Part shown: positions 52,057 to 60,142 of the stretch, piece by piece
Position numbering within the stretch: position 1 is the first letter of the stretch
Layout of the letters: each line of letters begins with the position of its first letter
NCBI GenBank assembly: GCA_902765005.1
Contig: CACWYB010000002.1
Coordinates: 74,553-138,552, forward strand
DNA: 64,000 nucleotides
Source of the DNA: an uncultured Eubacteriales bacterium
GTDB taxonomy: Bacteria > Bacillota > Clostridia > Christensenellales > CAG-138
Direction: 5' to 3'
Position numbers and translations under genes: made by a program
Notes under the pieces: model-generated
The model's input: only the letters and a program-made list of their open reading frames with translations
Database searches by the model: none
Told to the model about the DNA's origin: nothing

Positions 52057-52887
52057 ATGCGAAAAACCATGAGCGAAGAGGAGCGGCTGAGCCGGTTGGT
52101 GCAGGCCTTCAAGGCGGATTCGGGGGCGTATGCCGACATGGGGACGCCTTCGGATACGGACGGGAAGCGGCAGCTGCTGCGGGCGCTGATGAACGTGCGG
52201 CCGCCCCGGCGGATGGATGAGGCGGTGCTCCGCCTCCAGGATGAGTATCTGGCGGAGCGGCTGCAGGCGCGGGGGGTCGTGACCCTGGCGGATATCCCCA
52301 CCCTGAAGGAGCAGGGGAGCCGGGCGGAGGGGGCCGAGATCCTTTCCCTCTGGCAGGGGGACATCACCCGGCTGCAGGCGGACGCCATCGTGAACGCAGC
52401 CAACAGCCAGATGCTGGGGTGCTTCGTGCCGCTCCACGCCTGCATCGACAACTGCATCCACACCTACGCGGGGGTGCAGCTTCGGGCGGAGTGCGCCCGG
52501 CAGATGGAGGCCCTGCGCGCAAAATACGGGCCGGACTATGAGCAGCCCACCGCCGTGCCTCTGCTGACGAAGGGGTACAGCCTGCCGGCGAAGCACGTGA
52601 TCCACATCGTGGGGCCCATCGTCATGGGGCCATTGACGCCGGTCCATGAGCGGGAGCTGGCGGCCTGCTACCGAAACACCCTGGACCTGTGCCGGAAGGA
52701 GGGGCTCAGGAGCGTGGCGTTCTGCTGTATCTCCACGGGGGTGTTCCGATTCCCGGCGCCCCGGGCGAGCGAGATCGCTGTAAAGACGGTCCAATCCTGG
52801 CTGCGGGAGAACCCGGGGCGGATGGAGCGGGTGATTTTCAATGTGTTTACGGATGAAGACAGGAGGCTGTATGAGCGGCAATTTTGA
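52057..52887 (+). CDS. Macrodomain protein (protein-ADP-ribose hydrolase, SirTM-associated type)
   Basis: I take the start as the ATG at 52057 (RBS AAAGGAGG). GDITRLQADAIVNAANSQMLGCFVPLHACIDNCIHTYAG and FCCISTGVFRFP. Confidence 0.85.
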   Translation: MRKTMSEEERLSRLVQAFKADSGAYADMGTPSDTDGKRQLLRALMNVRPPRRMDEAVLRLQDEYLAERLQARGVVTLADIPTLKEQGSRAEGAEILSLWQGDITRLQADAIVNAANSQMLGCFVPLHACIDNCIHTYAGVQLRAECARQMEALRAKYGPDYEQPTAVPLLTKGYSLPAKHVIHIVGPIVMGPLTPVHERELAACYRNTLDLCRKEGLRSVAFCCISTGVFRFPAPRASEIAVKTVQSWLRENPGRMERVIFNVFTDEDRRLYERQF

Positions 52888-53851
52888 AAACGGGTATCTG
52901 GAGAGCATCCAGCGGGGACTCCGGGGGGTGCGGGCCTTCCGGTCCGGCCTGAGCTACGGCCGGGGGGACCGGGCGGAAAACATACAAAAGCTCCGGCAGA
53001 CTCTGCAAGAGGCGGAGGCGGTGGTTATCGGCGCCGGGGCAGGCTTGTCTACCTCCGCCGGGCTCACCTACAGCGGGGAGAGGTTTGAACGGTATTTCTT
53101 TGATTTTCACAGGCGGTTCGGCATCGAGGACATGTACTCCGGCGGGTTCTACCCCTTCCCGGACGAGGGGACCCGGTGGGCCTGGTGGGCGCGACATATC
53201 TATTATAATAGGTATGTCGATCCGCCCCGGCCCGTGTACCGGCAGCTGCGAACGCTGCTGGCGGGCAAGGACTTTTTCGTGATCACCACCAATGTGGACC
53301 ACCAGTTCCAGCGGGCCGGGTTCCCAAAGGAGCGGCTGTTCTACACCCAGGGGGATTACGGCCTGTTTCAGAGCGCGGACCGGCGCATCCAAAGGACATT
53401 CGATAATGAGGCTTGGGTGCGCCAGGCCATGGCCGCCCAGGGGTTCGTTTTGGACGGCGACGGCGTGTATCAGGTGCCGGAGGACAGAAAGCTGTCCATG
53501 CGGCTTCCCGACGAACTGATCCCCACTTGCCCCGTGGGGGGCGGGCCGGTGGTGATGAACCTCCGATCCGACGACAGCTTCGTGGAGGACGAGGGCTGGC
53601 AGGCGGCGTCCGCCCGGTATGGGTCGTTTTTGCGGGCGAGCGAGAAAAAGCGGGTCCTGTTTTTGGAGCTGGGGGTGGGCGGGAACACGCCGGTGATTAT
53701 CAAGTACCCCTTCTGGACCATGACCGCGGAGAACCCCAACGCCACCTTCGCCTGCCTGAACTTCAGCGAAGCCCTCTGCCCAAAGGCCATCGAGAGCCGG
53801 TCCCTTTGCATCGAAGGGGATATTGGAGATGTTTTAGAGGAATTGATATAA
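52871..53851 (+). CDS. SIR2-family protein, class M (SirTM-like ADP-ribosylating sirtuin)
   Basis: I take the start as the ATG at 52871 (RBS AGGAGG), a 17-nt overlap with the macrodomain gene. VVIGAGAGLSTSAGL, FFVITTNVDHQF, and YTQGDYGLFQS at the position of the canonical HG motif. Confidence 0.8.
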   Translation: MSGNFENGYLESIQRGLRGVRAFRSGLSYGRGDRAENIQKLRQTLQEAEAVVIGAGAGLSTSAGLTYSGERFERYFFDFHRRFGIEDMYSGGFYPFPDEGTRWAWWARHIYYNRYVDPPRPVYRQLRTLLAGKDFFVITTNVDHQFQRAGFPKERLFYTQGDYGLFQSADRRIQRTFDNEAWVRQAMAAQGFVLDGDGVYQVPEDRKLSMRLPDELIPTCPVGGGPVVMNLRSDDSFVEDEGWQAASARYGSFLRASEKKRVLFLELGVGGNTPVIIKYPFWTMTAENPNATFACLNFSEALCPKAIESRSLCIEGDIGDVLEELI

Positions 53852-53854
53852 AGC

Positions 53855-54000
53855 ACGCACCCTTTCTTGTAAGAAAGGGTGCAATCCCAAAGAACTTCAG
53901 GAATACAAAAAAGCTTAGGAAGCCTGATTTATTAGTCTTCCTAAGCTTCTCTTTTTTCGGTTCCTTTTTTCTCTTCACTGAAGAGAAAAAAGGAACATAA
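53855..54000. repeat. Composite palindromic intergenic element, copy 2 (related to 19196-19365)
   Basis: Hairpin gcaccctttctt/aagaaagggtgc (53857-53882). 12-bp palindrome arms aagcttaggaag/cttcctaagctt (53911-53948). Hairpin gttccttttttctcttc/gaagagaaaaaaggaac (53960-53996). Confidence 0.6.
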
Positions 54001-54010
54001 ACAAAATGAG

Positions 54011-54712
54011 CTATCCCCCCAAATACGCCTTCTGCACGGCGGGGCTGCGGCTGAGCTCCTCGCCGGTGCCGGCAAGCACGATCCGCCCGGTCTCCATGAC
54101 CGCGGCCCGGTGGCAGAGCTTCAGGGCCAGGGCCGCGTTCTGCTCCACCAGCAGGATGGTGGTCCCGCTCTCGTTGAGCCGGCGGATGATCTCAAAGATC
54201 TCCGCCACCAGCAGGGGCGAAAGCCCCATGGACGGCTCATCCAGCAGCATCAGCTTGGGCCGGCTCATGAGCGCCCGGCCCATGGCCAGCATCTGCTGCT
54301 CGCCGCCGGAAAGGGTGCCCGCGCTCTGCTTTTTGCGCTCCCTGAGCCGGGGGAAGTAGCGGAACACCTTCTCCATATCGGGGGCAAAATCGTCCTTCCG
54401 CAGGTACGCCCCCATCTCCAGATTCTCCAGCACCGTCAGGCCCGGGAACACCCGCCGTCCCTCCGGCGACTGGGAGATGCCCAGCGCCACCCGGCTTTGG
54501 GGCGTCGTCTTCGTGATCTCCTTTCCCAGAAACCGGATGCTGCCGCTCTGGGCCTTTTTGAGCCCGGAGAGGGTGATGAGCGTGGTGGTCTTGCCGGCGC
54601 CGTTGGCCCCGATGAGGGTCATGATCTCCCCCTCCTCCACGGAGAAGGAGACCCCCTTCAGGGCGCGGATGTTGTCGTAATACACGGTCAGGTCCCTGAC
54701 TTCAAGCATCAT
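54011..54712 (-). CDS. livF: Branched-chain amino-acid ABC transporter ATP-binding protein
   Basis: 233 aa. GANGAGKTT, LSGGEQQMLAMGRAL. Confidence 0.9.
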   Translation of the reverse strand: MMLEVRDLTVYYDNIRALKGVSFSVEEGEIMTLIGANGAGKTTTLITLSGLKKAQSGSIRFLGKEITKTTPQSRVALGISQSPEGRRVFPGLTVLENLEMGAYLRKDDFAPDMEKVFRYFPRLRERKKQSAGTLSGGEQQMLAMGRALMSRPKLMLLDEPSMGLSPLLVAEIFEIIRRLNESGTTILLVEQNAALALKLCHRAAVMETGRIVLAGTGEELSRSPAVQKAYLGG

Positions 54713-55529
54713 GGCCGGCCTCCTCCCCCAGATACGCCTCGATGACCACCGGGTTCGTCTGGATCTCCCGGGGGGTACCCTTGGCGATGATCTTCCCGTA
54801 GTTCAGCACGGCGATGCCCTCGCAGATACCCATGACCAGGTTCATGTCGTGCTCGATGAGCATGATGGCGATGCCGAACTCATCCCGGAGCATGCGGATG
54901 TTGTCCATGAGCTCGTGGGTCTCCGAGGGGTTCATGCCCGCCGCCGGCTCGTCCAGGAGCAACAGCTTCGGCTCCGACGCCAGCGCCCGCACGATCTCCA
55001 GCCGCCGCTGGTCCCCGTAGGGCAGGTTCCCCGCCAGGGCGTTGGCCTTGCCCGCCAGGTTGAAAAGGTCCAGCAGCTCCAGGGCCCGGACGTGCTGCCG
55101 TCGCTCGGTCCGCCACCAGCCCGGGAGCCGGAACATGTCGGTGAGGACCCCGTCCGTGTACCCGTGGTTCATGGCCACCTTCACGTTGTCCTCCACGCTC
55201 ATGCCGGCGAACAGCCGGATGTTCTGGAAGGTCCGGGCGATGCCCAGCCGGTTGAGCTGGTGCATGGACTTGCCCCGGGTGTCCTGGCCGTTGAGCAGGA
55301 TCCGCCCCTGGGTGGGCTTATACACGTTGGTCAACAGGTTGAACACAGTGGTCTTCCCCGCCCCGTTGGGGCCGATGAGCCCGGCGATCTCCGTGCGGCC
55401 GATGAGCAGCGTGAAATCGTCCACCGCCCGGAGCCCCCCGAAGTCCACGCACAGGTGCCGGATATCCAGGATGGGGGGCCTACCCGCGTCCCGCTCGGGG
55501 ATGATGCCCAGGCCGTCCAGGGGGACCAT
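54702..55529 (-). CDS. livG: Branched-chain amino-acid ABC transporter ATP-binding protein
   Basis: I take the start as the ATG at 55529 (GAGGAA upstream). GPNGAGKTT, LPYGDQRRLEIVRAL. Confidence 0.9.
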   Translation of the reverse strand: MVPLDGLGIIPERDAGRPPILDIRHLCVDFGGLRAVDDFTLLIGRTEIAGLIGPNGAGKTTVFNLLTNVYKPTQGRILLNGQDTRGKSMHQLNRLGIARTFQNIRLFAGMSVEDNVKVAMNHGYTDGVLTDMFRLPGWWRTERRQHVRALELLDLFNLAGKANALAGNLPYGDQRRLEIVRALASEPKLLLLDEPAAGMNPSETHELMDNIRMLRDEFGIAIMLIEHDMNLVMGICEGIAVLNYGKIIAKGTPREIQTNPVVIEAYLGEEAGHDA

Positions 55530-55551
55530 GTTGCTGCTCACGTTCCTCAGC

Positions 55552-56565
55552 TTAGGCACGGTCCTCACCTGCCTTCTTCGCCCGGGCAAAGAGCTGCCCG
55601 TTGATGAGCTTTTCCAGTATCCGCGTCAGGGAGAAATCGTACCGCCCCAGCAGCCCCGAGGGCTTGAAGATCATCACCGCGATGAGAAGCAGGGCGTAGA
55701 TCACCATCCTATACTTATTGAAGCTCTGCAGCGCCAGGGGCAGGGCCGTCAGGATGGTGGCGGCGATGACGGACCCGGCCATGGACCCCAAGCCCCCCAA
55801 CACCACCATGACCAGGATGTTCACGCTGGTCATGAAGGTGAAATTCCCGGGGGTCAGAATGCCCGTGTACCCGGCGTAGAGGGCCCCGGCCACCCCGGCG
55901 AAAAAGGCGGAGACCGTGAACGCCAGGACCTTGTAGAAGGTGGTGTTCACGCCGCTGGACTCCGCGGCGATCTCGTTCTCCCGGATGGCCAGGATGGCCC
56001 GGCCGTGGCGGGATTTCATCAGGGTATGGATGAGGGCGCAGGAGAGGATCACCGTGGTGTAGACCACCAGGAAGGAAGAGTGCTTGGGAATGTTCATGAG
56101 CCCGGGGGTGCCGCCGGTGATCCCCGGCAGGTTGATGATGAGCACCCGGATGATCTCCCCGAAGCCCAGGGTGATGATGGCCAGGTAATCCCCCTTGAGC
56201 CGCAGGGCCGGCACGCCGATGACCACGCCGAATACCGCCGCCACCAGGCCCCCCAACAGCAGCCCCAGCACGATGGCCCCGGCGGACCTGGGCATGGCCT
56301 TCCAAAGCAGGGCCGCCCCGTAGCCCCCCACCGCCATGAACCCGGCGTGGCCCAGGGGCAGCTGGCCCAGATACCCGGTGGCCACGTTCAGCGACACGGC
56401 CAAAAGGATGTAGATGCCGATCTGCAATATAACGGCGCTTTGGGCCCGGTTCACGGCCCCGGAGGCGAGCAGGGCGTTGCCCCCCAGGAGAAAGGCCCCC
56501 AGCAGCAGGGTGTTGATGAGATACCGCAGATAGACGGGGATCTGTTTATATCCGTTCATAGGCAC
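55552..56565 (-). CDS. livM: Branched-chain amino-acid ABC transporter permease
   Basis: 337 aa, polytopic, LivM-type (GQLPLGHAGFMAVGGY). Confidence 0.9.
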   Translation of the reverse strand: MPMNGYKQIPVYLRYLINTLLLGAFLLGGNALLASGAVNRAQSAVILQIGIYILLAVSLNVATGYLGQLPLGHAGFMAVGGYGAALLWKAMPRSAGAIVLGLLLGGLVAAVFGVVIGVPALRLKGDYLAIITLGFGEIIRVLIINLPGITGGTPGLMNIPKHSSFLVVYTTVILSCALIHTLMKSRHGRAILAIRENEIAAESSGVNTTFYKVLAFTVSAFFAGVAGALYAGYTGILTPGNFTFMTSVNILVMVVLGGLGSMAGSVIAATILTALPLALQSFNKYRMVIYALLLIAVMIFKPSGLLGRYDFSLTRILEKLINGQLFARAKKAGEDRA

Positions 56566-56566
56566 C

Positions 56567-57445
56567 TCACACCTTCTCCGCCACGCCCCGGCCCAGCAGG
56601 CCCGTGGGCTTGACGAGGAGCACCACTATGAGCACGGCGAAAACCACCGCGTCCGTCCAGGCGGAAAACCCCAGAGCCGTCACCAGCACCTCCGCAAAGC
56701 CGATGGCAAAGCCCCCCACCACCGCCCCGGGGATGGAGCCGATGCCCCCCAGCACCGCCGCCACGAAGGCCTTGAGCCCCAGCAGCGACCCCATGGTGGG
56801 GTTCGCCACGGAATAGCGGCAGCAGTAGAGCACGGAGCCCACGCCGGCCAGGGCCGACCCGATGGCAAAGGTGATGGAGATGACCCGGTTGATGTCGATG
56901 CCCATGAGCTGGGCCGCCCCCGTGTCCTCGGAAACGGCCCGCATAGCCTTGCCCATCCGGGTCTTCTGGATGAGCAGGTGCAGCCCCAGCATGGCCCCCA
57001 CGGAGACCAGGATGGTCACCACCGTGGACAGGCTCAGGGAAAGCCCGCCCAGCTGGATGGCCCGGGCGGGGATGATGGCGGTGCTGGGGTAGGCCCGGGA
57101 GTCCGCCGTGAAAAACAGCTGCACCAGGTTCTGCAGCAGCAGCGACACGCCGATGGCCGTGATGAGAAGCGAGATCCGGGGCGCGGACCGCAAGGGCCGA
57201 TAGGCCACCTTCTCGATGAGCACGCTGATGAGCACGCAGCCCAGAATCGTGATCCCCACCGCCAGGGCGGGGTGGAGGCCGGCGCCGATGGTGAGCAGGG
57301 CGATGTAGGCCCCGATCATGATCACGTCCCCATGGGCGAAGTTCAGCAGGCGAATGATGCCATAGACCATGCTGTAGCCCAGGGCCACCAGGGCGTAGAT
57401 GCTGCCCAGCTGCAGGCCGTTGATACATTGGGATAGAAACAGCAT
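56567..57445 (-). CDS. livH: Branched-chain amino-acid ABC transporter permease
   Basis: 292 aa. QCINGLQLGSIYALVALGYSMVYGIIRLLNFAHGD. Confidence 0.9.
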   Translation of the reverse strand: MLFLSQCINGLQLGSIYALVALGYSMVYGIIRLLNFAHGDVIMIGAYIALLTIGAGLHPALAVGITILGCVLISVLIEKVAYRPLRSAPRISLLITAIGVSLLLQNLVQLFFTADSRAYPSTAIIPARAIQLGGLSLSLSTVVTILVSVGAMLGLHLLIQKTRMGKAMRAVSEDTGAAQLMGIDINRVISITFAIGSALAGVGSVLYCCRYSVANPTMGSLLGLKAFVAAVLGGIGSIPGAVVGGFAIGFAEVLVTALGFSAWTDAVVFAVLIVVLLVKPTGLLGRGVAEKV

Positions 57446-57511
57446 TCCTCTGTCCCCTCAGGCTCCGCAGAGCCTGCCTTCCTACATATTATTATTTAAT
57501 CATTCAATTGC

Positions 57512-57652
57512 GTCAAATCCGGCGACATGCGCGGCGGATTTGACACATTGCAGGTCCCGCCGCCCGGAAAACCGGAGGTTTTTAGGCGGGACCTGGAAGC
57601 GAAACGAAGGTGGAGCCTCAGGCTGTTGAAAACGTAGTTTTCAGCAGCCTGA
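57512..57652 (-). promoter_or_regulatory. Three consecutive stem-loops in the spacer between the binding-protein and permease genes
   Basis: 57618-57652 (16-bp stem, one mismatch), 57552-57594 (aggtcccgcc/ggcgggacct) and 57512-57544 (gtcaaatccg/cggatttgac). Confidence 0.5.
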
Positions 57653-57659
57653 AGTCATA

Positions 57660-58856
57660 TTAGTAGTTGCCCCAGAACTTGGCCGCGCCGTTTTCGAAAG
57701 TGATGATGGCCGCGCTCTTCTGCGGGTTGTTATACTGGTCATAGGCCACGTGGCCGGTGACGCAGTCCATGTCGGTCTCTTTCATGGCCGCAATGATGGC
57801 TTTGCGATATTCATCGCCGGTCTTGCCGGAGGCCTCGGCCTTCTCAATGGCGGCAAAGAGGATCATGGCGGCGTCATAGCCCTGGGCGGCGAACATATTG
57901 GGCGTATCGTTGAATTTGGCGGTATAGTTCTTCACGAAGGTCTGGACCTCCGACCGGGTATCATCCTTGGAATAGCCGGAGCAGTAGTATGCGCCCTCCA
58001 CCAGGCTCGGATCGGAGATGGTATCCAGCACGGAATCCCAGCCGTCGGAGCCCAGCATGGTGGCTTTGGATCCTGCGGCGAAGGCCTGCTGGGCCACCAG
58101 GGCCACCACGTTGTAATAGTCGGGCACGAACAGCACGTCGGGCGCCTTGGCGGCGATATTGGTCAGCTGGGACTGGAAGTCCACGGCCCCGTCGGCGTAG
58201 CTCTCCACGGCCACCACCTCCAGGCCCTTTTCCTTGGCGGTCTCCTGGAAGGACTGGGCGCAGCCGCCGGAATAGTCGGAACCCACGTTATAGAGGACCG
58301 CGGCGGTTTTGGCCTTCAGCTCATCCACGGCGAAGGCGGCCATCTTGCTGCCCTGGAAGGGATCGATGAAGCAGGAGCGGAACATGTTCTCATAGACCTT
58401 GACCACGTTCTGATCCGCATCCAGCTGGCAGGTGACGGCGGCGTTGGTGGCGGAAGCGGTGATCATGGGCATGCCGTCCGCCTGGCTCTCAGCCACCACG
58501 GCGATGGTGGGCGCGGTGGTCACGTCGCCGATGATGGCCACCACGCCCTGATCCACCAGGGAGTTATAGCCCGTAACGGCCTTCACCGGGTCCCCCTCCT
58601 CGTCGTAGGGGATGAGCTCGATCTGCTTGCCGTTGATGCCGCCGTTGGCGTTCAGTTCCTCCACAAACTGGATCACGCCGTTGTTGACCGCGTTGCCGTA
58701 TTCGGCCACCGCCCCGGTGAGCGGCGCCAGCACGCCCACCTTGATGGAAGCGGCCGATGCGGTCTCGGCCGGTTTGCCGCCAGAGCAGGCGGCGAAGCTC
58801 ATAACGAATACCACCGCCAATACGACGGCAGCGATTTTGGTAGCGATGTGTTTCAT
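57660..58856 (-). CDS. Leu/Ile/Val-type (PBP type I) ABC substrate-binding lipoprotein
   Basis: I take the start as the ATG at 58856 (RBS AGGAGGGA). Lipobox SFAACSG. KVGVLAPLTGAVAEYG is typical of LivJ/K-like binders. Confidence 0.85.
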   Translation of the reverse strand: MKHIATKIAAVVLAVVFVMSFAACSGGKPAETASAASIKVGVLAPLTGAVAEYGNAVNNGVIQFVEELNANGGINGKQIELIPYDEEGDPVKAVTGYNSLVDQGVVAIIGDVTTAPTIAVVAESQADGMPMITASATNAAVTCQLDADQNVVKVYENMFRSCFIDPFQGSKMAAFAVDELKAKTAAVLYNVGSDYSGGCAQSFQETAKEKGLEVVAVESYADGAVDFQSQLTNIAAKAPDVLFVPDYYNVVALVAQQAFAAGSKATMLGSDGWDSVLDTISDPSLVEGAYYCSGYSKDDTRSEVQTFVKNYTAKFNDTPNMFAAQGYDAAMILFAAIEKAEASGKTGDEYRKAIIAAMKETDMDCVTGHVAYDQYNNPQKSAAIITFENGAAKFWGNY

Positions 58857-58883
58857 GTGGTTTCCCTCCTTGGCGTTTTGCAT

Positions 58884-58919
58884 ATAAAAAGGCGGTCCCG
58901 CTTTTCTTCGGGGCCGCCG
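58884..58919 (-). terminator. Attenuator terminator in the liv leader
   Basis: Minus-strand RNA ggcggcccc-gaagaaaagc-gggaccgcc (one A-C mismatch) followed by UUUUU. Lies 22 nt after the leader-peptide stop. Confidence 0.55.
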
Positions 58920-58940
58920 TTGCTTTCTTCCGGTACGATC

Positions 58941-59024
58941 CTATGCGTACACGAACGGCAGCCCCCTGCGCAGCAGCAGGACGCTGATTCGTACAACGAT
59001 GATCGCGCAAACCCGGTTGGTCAT
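58941..59024 (-). CDS. Candidate 27-aa leader peptide rich in Ile/Val/Leu: MTNRVCAIIVVRISVLLLRRGLPFVYA
   Basis: Below the ORF-track cutoff. ATG at 59024 with AAAGGAGA 8 nt upstream; TAG at 58941-58943. 12 of 27 codons are I/V/L. Located upstream of the liv operon. Confidence 0.5.
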   Translation of the reverse strand: MTNRVCAIIVVRISVLLLRRGLPFVYA

Positions 59025-59259
59025 GGGCGCCGTCTCCTTTCTGAATAATATATTATATCTTAGATTGGTGGTATACTACCACCGATCCTGGCTCCCGTCA
59101 AGAGGGAATTTGCAATTTTTCGTGCATTTTTCCGGAAAAATCTCCCAGCAGGCGATCAGAAAGGGGAAATAGTCTCTTGAAAAGAGAATTCTGGGCGGGC
59201 AGCCGAGACCGTTGACAGCCGGCCGAAGGTTGGTGTATTCTGCCAGCGGAGGGTATACT

Positions 59260-60027
59260 ATGTCTGAATTCGTCAAGCAATTGCTCATCATCTGCCCGCT
59301 GCTGTTCCTGGCGGGCATGTGCGACGCCATCGCCGGAGGCGGCGGCACCATCAGCCTGCCTGCTTTCATGCTGGCGGGGCTGCCCACCCACTTTGCCCTG
59401 GGCACCAACAAGATGTGCATGTCCATGGGCACCGCCGTCAGCGTGTATCGCTACGGCAAAAGCGGCCGCATCCGCTGGTTCGTGTCCCTGTTCGCCGCGG
59501 CCGGAGCGGTGCTGGGGGCCATGCTGGGGGCCCGGATCGCCCTGCTTCTGGACGATTCCTTCATGCGCTACGTGCTCATGGTCCTGCTGCCCGCCTCCGC
59601 CATCTTCCTGGCTCTGAACCGGAACTTCGGCGCGGAGGGCCGGGAGAAGAGCTTTCCGCCCGCCAAGACCGCCCTGATCTCCTTCCTCTGCGGGGGCGGC
59701 GTGGGCATCTACGACGGGTTCTTCGGCCCCGGCGCCGGCACCTTCTATATCATGGCCCTGTCCGCCGCCTTAGGCCTGGGGCTCACGGAGGCCTCCGCGG
59801 ATTCCAAGGTCATGAACACAGCCTCCAATGTGGGCGCCCTGGTCACCTTCATCCTGGGGGGCGTGGTCCTTTGGAAGCTGGCCATCCCCGGCATCATCTG
59901 CACCATGTCCGGCAACTACGTGGGCTCCAACCTGGCCATCAAAAACGGCTCCAAGTTCGTCCGCCCCGTCATGGCCGTCATGATCGTGCTCCTGTTCGTG
60001 AAAACTATCTATGATCTGGTAGCATGA
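59260..60027 (+). CDS. TauE/SafE (TSUP) family anion exporter
   Basis: I take the start as the ATG at 59260. CDAIAGGGGTISLPAF, with an internal duplicated 4-TM pattern. Confidence 0.85.
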   Translation: MSEFVKQLLIICPLLFLAGMCDAIAGGGGTISLPAFMLAGLPTHFALGTNKMCMSMGTAVSVYRYGKSGRIRWFVSLFAAAGAVLGAMLGARIALLLDDSFMRYVLMVLLPASAIFLALNRNFGAEGREKSFPPAKTALISFLCGGGVGIYDGFFGPGAGTFYIMALSAALGLGLTEASADSKVMNTASNVGALVTFILGGVVLWKLAIPGIICTMSGNYVGSNLAIKNGSKFVRPVMAVMIVLLFVKTIYDLVA

Positions 60028-60057
60028 GCTTTGTTGCAAAAGCGCATGAAAAATAAG

Positions 60058-60132
60058 GGGAAGCAGGGCGTCAGCCATGCTTCCCGAATAGAGTTCTTTT
60101 CGCGCCCCCTTTTCCTTCGAGAAAAGGGAGCG
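60058..60132. terminator. Two hairpins between convergent genes
   Basis: gggaagca...tgcttccc (60058-60086) and cgcccccttttc-cttcga-gaaaagggagcg (60103-60132, one mismatch). Confidence 0.45.
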
Positions 60133-60142
60133 AAGCTTTCAA

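Noticed and set aside
55042-56613. 523-aa ORF on the plus strand (also 54711-55604 and 57750-59048 on the plus strand, and 62143-63510 on the minus strand)
   Set aside because: All are antisense to confidently identified liv transporter or ThrE genes. They are shadow ORFs.
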